From the IMG/VR virus record IMGVR_UViG_3300045988_141056, positions 1 through 47,291 of that record: a stretch of 47,291 nt of DNA, one strand, 5' to 3'. The stretch comes from a virus. The notes under the pieces were generated by a model. The model was not told the DNA's origin and searched no databases. It saw only the letters and a list, made by a program, of their open reading frames with translations. Position 1 is the stretch's first letter. Every line of letters starts with the position of its first letter. The position numbers and the translations under genes were made by a program. This document shows, piece after piece, positions 36,330 through 47,291 of this stretch.

Positions 36330-36587
36330 TTACTTTAGCAACCTATCGGGATTTCGTCTAGCATACTCATCTTTGAAAATCTGCGGAATATCTAAACCAC
36401 GACGGCGATAGTCCATCATAGCTCTAACAAGCATTGCACTATCTAAATCAGCGACAAGGTACGCCGTCTTCTTTCTTCGGTAAACATAATACTTTCCGCA
36501 TAAACCGTCGCACTTCTCGTCAAGTACACCGTCTTGAATGAGCTGCAAATACAATTCCTTTGCCGACTCCTTATTGCTATGCTCCAT
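36330..36587 (-). CDS. hypothetical protein
   Basis: 85 aa from the ATG at 36587 with a GGAGGAAAACG RBS. Confidence 0.4.
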   Translation of the reverse strand: MEHSNKESAKELYLQLIQDGVLDEKCDGLCGKYYVYRRKKTAYLVADLDSAMLVRAMMDYRRRGLDIPQIFKDEYARRNPDRLLK

Positions 36588-36718
36588 CGTTTTCCTCCAC
36601 TGTCGTCTCCCAGCCAGGATAAAATCCTTCTGTTGCACCATTATCAATCTGCAAGGCAATATGGCGGAGCAGCTCAGCTAACTGCTGATAGCTCTCTGCT
36701 GACTCCAATATTGATATT

Positions 36719-36994
36719 CTAATCTTTTGCATTTGGCGTTTTCCCCTGTTGCTTCTTTGACTCTGTAACAGTTCTCGCTAGCTCTTTGATGGGTTCAAAC
36801 GCACGGAGCAGCTTATTATAATCAGAGATATCACACTCAGACTCAACGTAAACCACCGTAATCAAGAATGGTGAGGTAATTGATTTTATCAGATGAAACT
36901 TTCCTGGCTGAAAATTACATATAGTCAAAAAATGTGCGAGGTCTCCAATTTTAATGTCAATAGTTTTCCAAACAACTTCTTTTATCTCACTCAT
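36719..36994 (-). CDS. hypothetical protein whose C-terminus is a diverged copy of a terS segment
   Basis: SDYNKLLRAFEPIKELARTVTESKKQ resembles PDYNKLLRKLDPIKELARTVTEAKKQ in terS. DNA identity is about 75% over about 90 nt. Confidence 0.4.
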   Translation of the reverse strand: MSEIKEVVWKTIDIKIGDLAHFLTICNFQPGKFHLIKSITSPFLITVVYVESECDISDYNKLLRAFEPIKELARTVTESKKQQGKTPNAKD

Positions 36995-37527
36995 AGCTCA
37001 CCTCTCGTTAAAATTAGATTAGTAATGTCTTCAGATTCAGCATCCTCAATCTCTGTACAGATTTGACGCCTAACCTCTTGAGAATTAGAGGTTCTCGCAT
37101 CAACGTCGAACCAATCGACGATACGCTCACGGTCAATACCCATCTTTCGTAGCATTCGGTAAATATCAAGACTCTTGAGAAACCTCACAGTTCTAAAACC
37201 GCCCCATGGCATATCTCGACTATATACAACAGCTCTAATCACGTCTGACTCTTCGCGGATTGGCTCATCAATCCTCAACCTAAAACTACCACCAACTCCA
37301 GCAATCTCACTCCAGAGATTCTGCATTTCGTCCAATCTCAAAAACTTGAAACCGCTATTACTCATCCAGTCTATATTACGCCCGCATATGTATGCAAAAA
37401 GATAGCCTCGCCTCTGAGCATTTTCTATTATCTGGTAGCTCATCGTGTTAAACGCAAGCTCGTCATCTTCATTATAGTCAGGGGAATACTCTGTACCCTC
37501 AGCTACCAGTTGTTTTGTCCTTGCCAT
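36991..37527 (-). CDS. hypothetical protein
   Basis: 178-aa ORF with a GGGGGCG RBS. Confidence 0.45.
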   Translation of the reverse strand: MARTKQLVAEGTEYSPDYNEDDELAFNTMSYQIIENAQRRGYLFAYICGRNIDWMSNSGFKFLRLDEMQNLWSEIAGVGGSFRLRIDEPIREESDVIRAVVYSRDMPWGGFRTVRFLKSLDIYRMLRKMGIDRERIVDWFDVDARTSNSQEVRRQICTEIEDAESEDITNLILTRGEL

Positions 37528-37538
37528 TTTCGCCCCCT

Positions 37539-37799
37539 TTAATTGTCTTGGTTTGGATTGTTAAAGCGACGGATTTCATCAATATGTACCATATAGTACG
37601 GCTTAGTGAAACCATCAGCGACACCTTGCTCAGCCCAAATCTTCGCCTTGAGCTGATTCGTCTTAATCAATCGCAGGATGTAGCGATAGCTCTTGTTACC
37701 GCTTGGGTCTAAAATCAAACCCTCATCTGCGATTTGCTTTGGCTTATACCATACTTGCTCTGCCATTCTCTCTCCTTTCTCCATTATTAGAACAACCAC
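37539..37799 (-). CDS. putative HTH (excisionase/AlpA-like) DNA-binding protein
   Basis: KQIADEGLI ... SYRYILRLIKTNQLKAKI resembles an HTH_17 recognition helix. The N-terminal extent is uncertain. Confidence 0.35.
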   Translation of the reverse strand: MVVLIMEKGERMAEQVWYKPKQIADEGLILDPSGNKSYRYILRLIKTNQLKAKIWAEQGVADGFTKPYYMVHIDEIRRFNNPNQDN

Positions 37800-38099
37800 T
37801 CATACAGGAAAACAAATCCTTTAATCATAAACATCAAGCCAGCTACGGCAAACGCTGCAACTAGCACATAGCCAATCAGCTCACCTAATTTCTCAGCTGA
37901 TGTATATTTTTTACTATTTCGTGTAGCCATTTTTTCCTCCTTATCTACTTAAAAATAGCCTTGCTAATAATTGAATAAACGCTGCAAACACTGCTTCGCC
38001 GAACATGAAAATCACGACAACTACCAATGCATAAATTGCACCGATAATGAACATATCTTCCTGCTCCTGATTCTCTAGTTTCAAGCCCCGCATGATTGT

Positions 38100-38336
38100 T
38101 TACCGCAATTCTGCAAATGTTAATGGTCGGTACTGCTTCTTGTGCTTTTTAGCAATGAGACTGCCCCGCCGATTGATTTCTTCGATAAAAACCATCATCT
38201 CAGCTTTATAGACTTCGTATGGCTTATTGGCACTTTCTTTTTGCAAAATCTCAATAGCCTCTCTAAGCTCATACCCTTTCATTTTTTTGATGTCTCTGAT
38301 TTCGACCTTTTCCATTATGGATTCGCCTCCTTTCAT
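38100..38336 (-). CDS. hypothetical protein (first gene after P2)
   Basis: 78-aa ORF with the conserved GGAGGCGAATCCAT leader. Confidence 0.45.
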   Translation of the reverse strand: MKGGESIMEKVEIRDIKKMKGYELREAIEILQKESANKPYEVYKAEMMVFIEEINRRGSLIAKKHKKQYRPLTFAELR

Positions 38337-38349
38337 GTTTATATCTTAA

Positions 38350-38378
38350 TGATAGCAGATGCTTCAAGAATTGCCAAG
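38350..38378 (-). promoter_or_regulatory. sigma-70-like promoter P2 (TTGGCA, 17 nt spacer, TATCAT) with the conserved cassette
   Basis: -10 at 38350..38355 and -35 at 38373..38378. Upstream AGCTCTTGGCA. Confidence 0.5.
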
Positions 38379-38573
38379 AGCTTTCGAGGCATCCTCAGAA
38401 CTAACACCATTTTGAACAATTACTTCTTGCATCTCAATCAACGTCTCCTGCATTTTTTCCTCGCTTTTAATAACCTCATTCAAGGCATCGCTGAGTTTAT
38501 CTAGCTCTCTGTTCATTTGCTCAAACAAACTAACAGTTTCTTCATTCATAATACTCACCTTCCTGTGATTCAT
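38364..38573 (-). CDS. hypothetical protein
   Basis: 69-aa ORF. It overlaps promoter P2, so either this call or the promoter is partly wrong. Confidence 0.35.
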   Translation of the reverse strand: MNHRKVSIMNEETVSLFEQMNRELDKLSDALNEVIKSEEKMQETLIEMQEVIVQNGVSSEDASKALGNS

Positions 38574-38727
38574 TTAATATCTTTCCGCAGCTCTCACAAA
38601 CAACGTAATCGACTCTCTCGTCATGGTCTGTACCTTCGTCGATTTGCTGCTGAGTGGGATTATACTCCCACTCAGTCTCTACGACGCAGTTTTCATGTTC
38701 ACATTCGAACTGGTCTATTTTGCTCAC
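38542..38727 (-). CDS. zinc-ribbon small protein
   Basis: 61 aa with CEHENC ... CESCGK. Confidence 0.4.
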   Translation of the reverse strand: MSKIDQFECEHENCVVETEWEYNPTQQQIDEGTDHDERVDYVVCESCGKILNESQEGEYYE

Positions 38728-38737
38728 CTACAACCTC

Positions 38738-39061
38738 CTACTTAGCGTCCTCGGCTAACTTTTTAGCCAAGTTTGGTTCTGCAATGAACCTGTCAAAGAT
38801 AACATCGTCAACGATTTTAGCTGCTATACAAGTGCCGTTTGGCATAATTGGGCTAATAGCAACGATATCGCCACGCTCTTCACAACGTTTTTCTAGTTCG
38901 CGTCGGATAGTTCCTTCAATCAAAATGATGCTCTCATGGAACTTATCTAGCCCCATATTATTGCGAGCTCTTACAAGCATAGCCATCAAATCTGCTGTAG
39001 GCTCGTTTTCCCAGAGCTCCATATTTGTTATATCTTCTATTGCTGGTTGATTTTCACTCAT
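38738..39061 (-). CDS. hypothetical protein (first gene after P1)
   Basis: 107-aa ORF with the conserved leader. Confidence 0.5.
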   Translation of the reverse strand: MSENQPAIEDITNMELWENEPTADLMAMLVRARNNMGLDKFHESIILIEGTIRRELEKRCEERGDIVAISPIMPNGTCIAAKIVDDVIFDRFIAEPNLAKKLAEDAK

Positions 39062-39099
39062 GGATTCGCCTCCTGTGATTTATTTAATTTTATATTATC

Positions 39100-39128
39100 A
39101 TTGTATCAAAGTGGACAAGAGTTGTCAA
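39100..39128 (-). promoter_or_regulatory. sigma-70-like promoter P1 (TTGACA, 17 nt spacer, TACAAT) with the conserved cassette
   Basis: -10 at 39100..39105 and -35 at 39123..39128. It lies directly after the lysis-cassette terminator. Confidence 0.65.
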
Positions 39129-39138
39129 GAGTTTACGA

Positions 39139-39181
39139 GAAAAAAAGCAAAAAAAGAGCTACAGAATTACCTGCAGCTCTT
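39139..39181 (-). terminator. strong rho-independent terminator ending the late/lysis operon
   Basis: On the minus-strand RNA: AAGAGCUGCAG-GUAAUU-CUGUAGCUCUU, an 11-bp stem including one G-U pair, followed by UUUUUGCUUUUUUU. It starts 15 nt after the holin stop. Confidence 0.7.
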
Positions 39182-39195
39182 TCTTTAATTCTTGT

Positions 39196-39423
39196 CTATT
39201 TTAAGAACGAAGCAGTACCCTTATCCCCCGAACCAGATGCTGCAATACTTGTTAATAGCGAGATTGCACCCGCCAACACAGCTGCGGAAAGCATTTTTCC
39301 CCAATCAATCGTATACAAAGAAATACCATTGACGGTTAGTAATGCTAACAACGATTGTGCCACTGTCCGAACAGCACGCTCAATTGCATCTGCCCAAAAT
39401 GATTTTGATGTTAATGCTGACAT
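39196..39423 (-). CDS. holin
   Basis: 75 aa with two TM segments and a charged C-terminus (GDKGTASFLK). Located immediately downstream of the endolysin. Confidence 0.65.
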   Translation of the reverse strand: MSALTSKSFWADAIERAVRTVAQSLLALLTVNGISLYTIDWGKMLSAAVLAGAISLLTSIAASGSGDKGTASFLK

Positions 39424-39435
39424 TTTAGAACCTCC

Positions 39436-40611
39436 TTATTTTACTCTTACTTTGTCACCTGCCCAAATATTGTACCAAACGCCATTGTGTCCACAACCTG
39501 GATTCATAGCTTTGAACGCTTCATAGTCATTATCAATGCTAATTCCGAATTGACGACAAATACCATCTACAGTATCACCTGACACAACTGTGTAATATTC
39601 ACCTTCTGACGGTGCAGGAGAAACAGCTGGTGCTTTTCCACTCGGTACGTCAAGTACTTGTCCAGCCTTAATCTTGTTAGGGTCTTCACCGACTGTCTGG
39701 CGATTGCCACCAAAGTTATACAGCTGCTGCCACGACCAACCAAAACGGGCTGCAATCACGGACAGGTTCTCGCCACTAACAACAGTATGCTTACCAGTCT
39801 CCATTCCTTTAGCAGGCTCGCCACTCGGTACGTCAAGTACTTGTCCAGCCTTAATAACATTTGGATTATCACCGATTGTAGCTCGGTTGTTGCCGTAAGC
39901 ATACAGAGCCTGCCAGGTAATCCCAAACTTGGCAGCAATCTTGGACAAGTTGTCACCACTTACAACGGTATACTTTCCGACAACTGACGGCTGAGGAGCT
40001 GCAGACGGTGACGGCGGATTGACAACAACACCGCTCACACTATGCTGACCAAACTCAGATTTCACCGCCTTGGTAAAGTCAACAGCTTGTCCAGCAATCT
40101 CTTGAGCATTGCGATACTGATACAAATGGTTGTGTTCACTAATCTGTCCACCACTCCAGGCGTATGTTTGCCAGAACCAGCGAGCTGTATCAGCAGCTTT
40201 ACATCGCTCAATAACATAGAAACTTCCGTAAATACCGATACGCTCGATACCTAGGACAGAAGCAGCACCACGACAAGCCTCATCAATGGCAGCTTGGTCT
40301 TCTGGTGTGCTGTCCCAATCTACAGCGAAATAAATCGGCAAATCTTTTGGCAAATCTAAATGATTGAGAGCTGCTTGAGCGCGATGAGCCTGAGCAGCAC
40401 CAGCTTCGCGTCCACGAAAACTATTAGCATACTCTTCGTAAACAACGGCAATATCAATACCATTAGCTCGCAAATCAGCAATCTCACTCTGGTCTAAACC
40501 CTTGCCACCTTGTCCATCATCGAACAAATAGCGAACAACAAAATCTTTTCCAGCTGCTTTCAAAGCAGCACCGCTAGGACGACCCCAGCTATAATCTACA
40601 CCTTCTCTCAT
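39436..40611 (-). CDS. endolysin: GH25-family muramidase domain plus three C-terminal LysM repeats
   Basis: N-terminal GVDYSWGRPSG ... FVVRYL and FAVDWDSTPED fit the GH25 pattern. There are three repeats of the form YTVVSGDNLSKIAAKFGI ... IKAGQVLDVP, which are LysM. Confidence 0.85.
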   Translation of the reverse strand: MREGVDYSWGRPSGAALKAAGKDFVVRYLFDDGQGGKGLDQSEIADLRANGIDIAVVYEEYANSFRGREAGAAQAHRAQAALNHLDLPKDLPIYFAVDWDSTPEDQAAIDEACRGAASVLGIERIGIYGSFYVIERCKAADTARWFWQTYAWSGGQISEHNHLYQYRNAQEIAGQAVDFTKAVKSEFGQHSVSGVVVNPPSPSAAPQPSVVGKYTVVSGDNLSKIAAKFGITWQALYAYGNNRATIGDNPNVIKAGQVLDVPSGEPAKGMETGKHTVVSGENLSVIAARFGWSWQQLYNFGGNRQTVGEDPNKIKAGQVLDVPSGKAPAVSPAPSEGEYYTVVSGDTVDGICRQFGISIDNDYEAFKAMNPGCGHNGVWYNIWAGDKVRVK

Positions 40612-40613
40612 GT

Positions 40614-40762
40614 TTATTCATCCTCTTCTTTCAAAAAATTGATAACTCTTTTGATTATTGCTTTTGCTGCCGACCACAGCATAGAACCTACGAACGCACC
40701 AAGCAAAGCTCCGCCGAACCAATAGAACAACCACGCTTCCCATAGTGCGTTTGAAATGTCCA
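40614..40762 (-). CDS. small single-TM protein (holin/antiholin-like), below the track threshold
   Basis: 49 aa: MDISNALWEAWLFYWFGGALLGAFVGSMLWSAAKAIIKRVINFLKEEDE. RBS GGAGGAGGCAAAAATG. The stop lies 2 nt before the endolysin ATG. Confidence 0.45.
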
Positions 40763-40808
40763 TTTTTGCCTCCTCCCTCTTATAGTTTCCTGATTTAATT
40801 ATAAGCTA

Positions 40809-41168
40809 TCAAGCTGCTTTTGCATATTCCTTGCGCATGGCTTCTAACTGGTGACGAAGACTTTTGTTCTGTTTCTTTGACTCATTAAGCTCAGTTCTAG
40901 CTTCATCAAGCAACATCCTAGTCCTGGTCAATTCCTGCTCTAATCGGTCAACGACATTTTCTAACGACTGGATAACCATACTCTTGCGGTCGATTTCTGA
41001 CTGCTGTTGCACAATTAGCTTTTCATAACCATCAAAAATAGTGTCCATCCTATCTTTAGGCTTGGACGGCTTCTTGACTTTATCCTTAAAACGGATAGAA
41101 AGCCACGTGGTGATAACTGCGAAAATACCCGTGACTATTGCGGTTGCTACAGCAGAATCTACCATCAC
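40809..41168 (-). CDS. membrane-anchored coiled-coil protein
   Basis: 119 aa with an N-terminal TM segment followed by a coiled coil. Confidence 0.4.
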   Translation of the reverse strand: MMVDSAVATAIVTGIFAVITTWLSIRFKDKVKKPSKPKDRMDTIFDGYEKLIVQQQSEIDRKSMVIQSLENVVDRLEQELTRTRMLLDEARTELNESKKQNKSLRHQLEAMRKEYAKAA

Positions 41169-41665
41169 TTCTTTACCTCCAGCTTCTCTAACGGCAAAAA
41201 GTTAGTGTAAAGTTCTATCTGCACGTAAATCAGAAAAACCCATAAACAAAGCATCATCAAATTATCTGGAACACCCATTGCCATACGAACTGCCAATGTG
41301 AATAAACACCAGGTATTTAGAAATGCTCCAACTATCAATGTTCTTCTGATTACATGCCACGCATTACTTTTAATTGCAAGTAGGATTACTACACCTAGCA
41401 CAAAAAATAAGATGCTCCAAAAACGATATGTAAACAAATCATTAGCTGATAGCAAGCTTCTTTCTTCAGCCTGGACTACAAAAAGCAGAGTACCAAGAAC
41501 TACATCCAGCACACCATAACCTACACAAATAGCAGCTGTCAATGGAGCAACAGCACTTAGGCGTGGACGCACTGTTCTAATTCTGCGATAACTGCTCTTC
41601 ATATTCGGTTTAGCTTTCTGGGAACGGGTCTCCTGTTTGCCAAATACCAGTACCATACCATTCAT
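41165..41665 (-). CDS. polytopic membrane protein (four predicted TM helices); start is probably internal, near 41602
   Basis: Hydrophobic segments. Located between the tail fibre genes and the lysis cassette. Confidence 0.45.
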   Translation of the reverse strand: MNGMVLVFGKQETRSQKAKPNMKSSYRRIRTVRPRLSAVAPLTAAICVGYGVLDVVLGTLLFVVQAEERSLLSANDLFTYRFWSILFFVLGVVILLAIKSNAWHVIRRTLIVGAFLNTWCLFTLAVRMAMGVPDNLMMLCLWVFLIYVQIELYTNFLPLEKLEVKK

Positions 41666-42389
41666 TATGCCCGTTATTAGCTACATAAACGACAACACCG
41701 TTTGAATAGACTTTCATTGAGCCGACAGCGTTATACCTATTACTATTCCATCCAGATAAAGCAATAAGAGCTTCTGTCTGTTTTTTCTTATCTGGCGTAT
41801 AAGGTCTAAAACCTTCAGGGAAAATAGCACCAAGATTTTGTGAAGCAACAGGCATAACAGCTGTTGAGATAATCTGACACATTACGATGTTGCCCCACCT
41901 GGTAAGCGTGGCAAACAAAACTCCAATTGGTACTTTCTCTTTAATGATAAATTGCGCTAATCTAGGGTCTGTAAAATCAATAGAATCTTTCGTAGCAGGC
42001 GCAAACTCTGTCGAATATTGAGGCGTCTTGATAATTCCGCTCTCAATCTTTTTATAGTCTAAAATCTGAATCTTTAGGCTATTATTGCCAACTTCTCGAA
42101 TCAAACCATACTTTACGGTATCTTCGTACACGAACTGGACACGCATCTCTTTTGAGTATTTCTCTTTTGGCGTACCGCTAACACCTACAGTAAGCAAACC
42201 ATCATCTGTACAATCTGTATAAACCCATGTACCTACTGCAGAAAGCCACCCAGCTGTCGGCATACCAACAATATCTCCAATACGAACCTTTTTATCTTTC
42301 TGTGCGCTAACGTCACGAACAACAAGCAAGTCATCCACCGATAGCTCGGTTGCGACAATCGATGTTAAGTCTACAATTTGTTTTGCCAT
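41610..42389 (-). CDS. putative tail fibre/baseplate (receptor-binding) protein
   Basis: 259-aa ORF downstream of the Tal-like gene. Assigned by synteny. Confidence 0.4.
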   Translation of the reverse strand: MAKQIVDLTSIVATELSVDDLLVVRDVSAQKDKKVRIGDIVGMPTAGWLSAVGTWVYTDCTDDGLLTVGVSGTPKEKYSKEMRVQFVYEDTVKYGLIREVGNNSLKIQILDYKKIESGIIKTPQYSTEFAPATKDSIDFTDPRLAQFIIKEKVPIGVLFATLTRWGNIVMCQIISTAVMPVASQNLGAIFPEGFRPYTPDKKKQTEALIALSGWNSNRYNAVGSMKVYSNGVVVYVANNGHNEWYGTGIWQTGDPFPES

Positions 42390-42420
42390 TTTTCTACCTC
42401 TCCTTTTCTTAATTATAGCA

Positions 42421-45324
<2,904 letters not shown>

Positions 45325-45325
45325 C

Positions 45326-45697
45326 TTATTCCTCTCTAATAATCAAATCACCTGCGCCAATTTCTTTTTCAACACCTGGGGCAATAACCCAATCAAACTG
45401 GAGCTTGAAGTACTCCAACAAATTGCCACCTGTTAGCGCATCATACAATCCCCAATATTTAATCGTCACATTTGGCAGCTTCGGAAAAACGATAGCTTCG
45501 CTGCTCCTCGAAATACCATTGTCCGAGGGAGCAAACGACACTTTCTGGCGTGTATAGTTTTCAACTTCACCTTTATATGGAGCGTATCTTCCTGGCTCTT
45601 CGGTAAACAAAGCTAAATACAAACCTTCTGGCTGCTGACATTGTTCTACTTTCGTAAAATGGTTAAGAGCCTTATTCGCATAGTAAATCGTCTTCAT
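45326..45697 (-). CDS. hypothetical protein between Dit and Tal
   Basis: 123-aa ORF. Confidence 0.4.
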   Translation of the reverse strand: MKTIYYANKALNHFTKVEQCQQPEGLYLALFTEEPGRYAPYKGEVENYTRQKVSFAPSDNGISRSSEAIVFPKLPNVTIKYWGLYDALTGGNLLEYFKLQFDWVIAPGVEKEIGAGDLIIREE

Positions 45698-45710
45698 CTT
45701 CGTCTCCTTT

Positions 45711-46499
45711 CTACAAATATCTTGCGTTATAGCTTACATTAGCAGTAATTCTACTAACAGTTGCGTTATCTTGAATCGTGAGCGTCGTCTCACCTAGTAA
45801 TTTTGGCTGCTGTCCAGAATATGCTACTTTCTCGCCGTTGAGCATTACATGATTGTTTGAAACATCAATAACTAGAGTGCTTCCACCTTGGAAAACTTGC
45901 TCAATATCCATACGACGCGTAAGACCGCCGTACTGTGAAATAATCGAGATTGTTCTTGGCTCGTTAGCTGGCTCAAACCTTGCAATCGATAACGTAATAT
46001 ACGGCTTAGCGTGGATACTTCCACGAACTAAGAACGTTTTTACTAATGAACCTTGATACTCGACACCTTCAATCGGAACTGTCAAAGAGGTCTCAGTGCC
46101 AAATGCTTGAGTAGCTCGATACGTAATCACTACAAGAACTAATCCACGTTCTTTATACGTAAAAGCAATTGTCTCGTAAACACCAAAATACAGGCGATTT
46201 GAACCAGCCTGCTCAAACTCCATAGCCACCTCATCTTCACTATTGAGCATTTGGAGCAGCTTATCACGAGCCTCTTCATAATCCCAACGCTCTGGAGCGT
46301 TAAAGTGAGCGTTCACGATAATTTTGCGACTACCATATTTGCTATCAAGGAAATACTCGCCGTCTTCTTCCGCCATTTTAGCGGTCGCAATATTTCTATC
46401 TGGGACGGCGTCTGGTCGAACGGAATCCACTTCAAAATATGGAATACTGTCAATATCCAACCCACCGATAAATACATGCCTGTCATATCTGTTTTCCAT
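45711..46499 (-). CDS. distal tail protein (Dit)
   Basis: 262 aa immediately downstream of the tape-measure stop, the typical Dit size and position. Confidence 0.6.
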   Translation of the reverse strand: MENRYDRHVFIGGLDIDSIPYFEVDSVRPDAVPDRNIATAKMAEEDGEYFLDSKYGSRKIIVNAHFNAPERWDYEEARDKLLQMLNSEDEVAMEFEQAGSNRLYFGVYETIAFTYKERGLVLVVITYRATQAFGTETSLTVPIEGVEYQGSLVKTFLVRGSIHAKPYITLSIARFEPANEPRTISIISQYGGLTRRMDIEQVFQGGSTLVIDVSNNHVMLNGEKVAYSGQQPKLLGETTLTIQDNATVSRITANVSYNARYL

Positions 46500-47291
46500 T
46501 TAGACCTCCGTCGCCATTCCTTTACCTGATAATACCACGCCTCTATCAAGCTCTTCAAGGATAGTCTCGTCGTCATTTTTGGAATCAACGTGGATATCTC
46601 CATAGATATTTGTCTGGCTGCCACCACCTGGATTGACACTATCTGGGGTCATAGCTCGGGCAGCCTGCGCGCCGTAATTTACGGTAGCACCAATAGTCGG
46701 CTCAGCTACTAATTCTGGAAGCATATTGAACGTGGAATCAAACGCCTCTTTAAGCAATCCTGCATTATTATGGAGACCTCTGACACCACCTTCAACGACA
46801 TAACCAAACATCTTTGCCATAACTCGCGACGGCGATTTGATACCGAAAAAGCTTTTAACAGCGTTAAGCGCACCACTACAGATTTCTTTAATCTTGTTAA
46901 TAACTGCATCTTTAGCACCAACAACACCTTTGACGATACCATCGATAATATTCTTACCTGCACTGGTGAAGTTTCCAACAAAACCTACGACCGCATTGTA
47001 GGCGTTTCTGACAGTATTTCCAATAGCTGTAGCAATCTGACCTACTGTGTTTACAACGTAGCTCACAGCAGTAGCTACAGGCTGGATAATGTAGTTTCTA
47101 ACAGCATTCATTACTGAGCTAACTACAGCGGAAATACCACGGAAAACAGAACCGATAACAGCACTCATCACATTCAGAATTGGCTGAATAAATGGTAGCA
47201 CCGCACCCCAGATAGCCGAAATAACACTCCAAACCGCATTCATAATACTCGAAATGACACTGAGTACTCCGTTAAAGACTGACGACACTAC
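46500..47291 (-). CDS. tail tape measure protein, C-terminal part (continues from 1..2071 on the circular map)
   Basis: Stop at 46500..46502 and the frame is open to the window end. The Gly/Val/Ala-rich repeats continue from the N-terminal part. 47237..47291 duplicates 1..55. Confidence 0.8.
   Translation of the reverse strand, partial: VVSSVFNGVLSVISSIMNAVWSVISAIWGAVLPFIQPILNVMSAVIGSVFRGISAVVSSVMNAVRNYIIQPVATAVSYVVNTVGQIATAIGNTVRNAYNAVVGFVGNFTSAGKNIIDGIVKGVVGAKDAVINKIKEICSGALNAVKSFFGIKSPSRVMAKMFGYVVEGGVRGLHNNAGLLKEAFDSTFNMLPELVAEPTIGATVNYGAQAARAMTPDSVNPGGGSQTNIYGDIHVDSKNDDETILEELDRGVVLSGKGMATEV
47237..47291. repeat. 55-nt exact duplicate of window positions 1..55 (circular-assembly overlap or terminal redundancy)
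   Basis: Base-by-base identical to 1..55. Confidence 0.95.

Noticed and set aside
38517-39050. 177-aa plus-strand ORF
   Set aside because: Spans three minus-strand genes and promoter P1. It is a shadow frame in AT-rich DNA.
46313-46981. Two minus-strand ORFs (108 and 90 aa) overlapping the Dit and tape-measure genes
   Set aside because: Alternative frames inside longer, well-supported genes.

Overview
The window is a complete, circularly closed dsDNA tailed-phage genome of about 47,236 bp with siphovirus-like organisation. Positions 47237..47291 are an exact copy of 1..55, so the window is a circular permutation whose origin falls inside the tape-measure gene. Every credible gene is on the minus strand. 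All plus-strand ORFs in the track are shadow frames.

Reading the minus strand from high to low coordinates, the first block runs 39128->22365. It is an early region of about 55 small genes driven by seven sigma-70-like promoters. Six of these promoters are copies of one conserved promoter/5'UTR cassette. This block includes a RecT/PD-(D/E)XK nuclease pair, MazG, an HNH nuclease, and RHH and HTH regulators.

The second block runs 22123->14189 and looks like an accessory or middle region. It carries a truncated MetK-like SAM synthetase, a DUF488 protein, a putative Dam-like methyltransferase and a ParB-like protein. It also carries an AT-rich operon with a class-II-like Fic protein and a HAD hydrolase.

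The late block starts at 13841 and wraps through coordinate 1 to 39196: terS, terL, portal, minor head protein, prohead protease-scaffold, decoration protein, major capsid, connectors, major tail protein, chaperone, tape measure, Dit, a 967-aa Tal-like fibre with an (ACT)11 poly-Ser tract, and a holin / GH25-LysM endolysin / holin lysis cassette. A strong intrinsic terminator closes it, immediately followed by early promoter P1.

No integrase, CI-like repressor, tRNA, CRISPR array or replisome genes were seen, so the phage is probably virulent or at least not obviously temperate. Codon usage, the strong AAGGAGG ribosome-binding sites and the lysin/holin types suggest a low-GC Gram-positive host, possibly Lactobacillales-like; this is inference.

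Observations worth a second look:
- a 730-nt GC-rich non-coding island (27606..28337), a candidate large structured RNA;
- a 22-bp perfect inverted repeat enclosing 162 nt in a 5'UTR (22151..22356);
- a chaperone extension ORF that is open in the +1 frame, not the usual -1;
- seven [IVT][AS]EM repeats in the protease-scaffold, matching an I-x-E prohead-protease cleavage motif;
- the phage-encoded minimal MetK within a putative epigenetic module;
- the Fic-domain operon.
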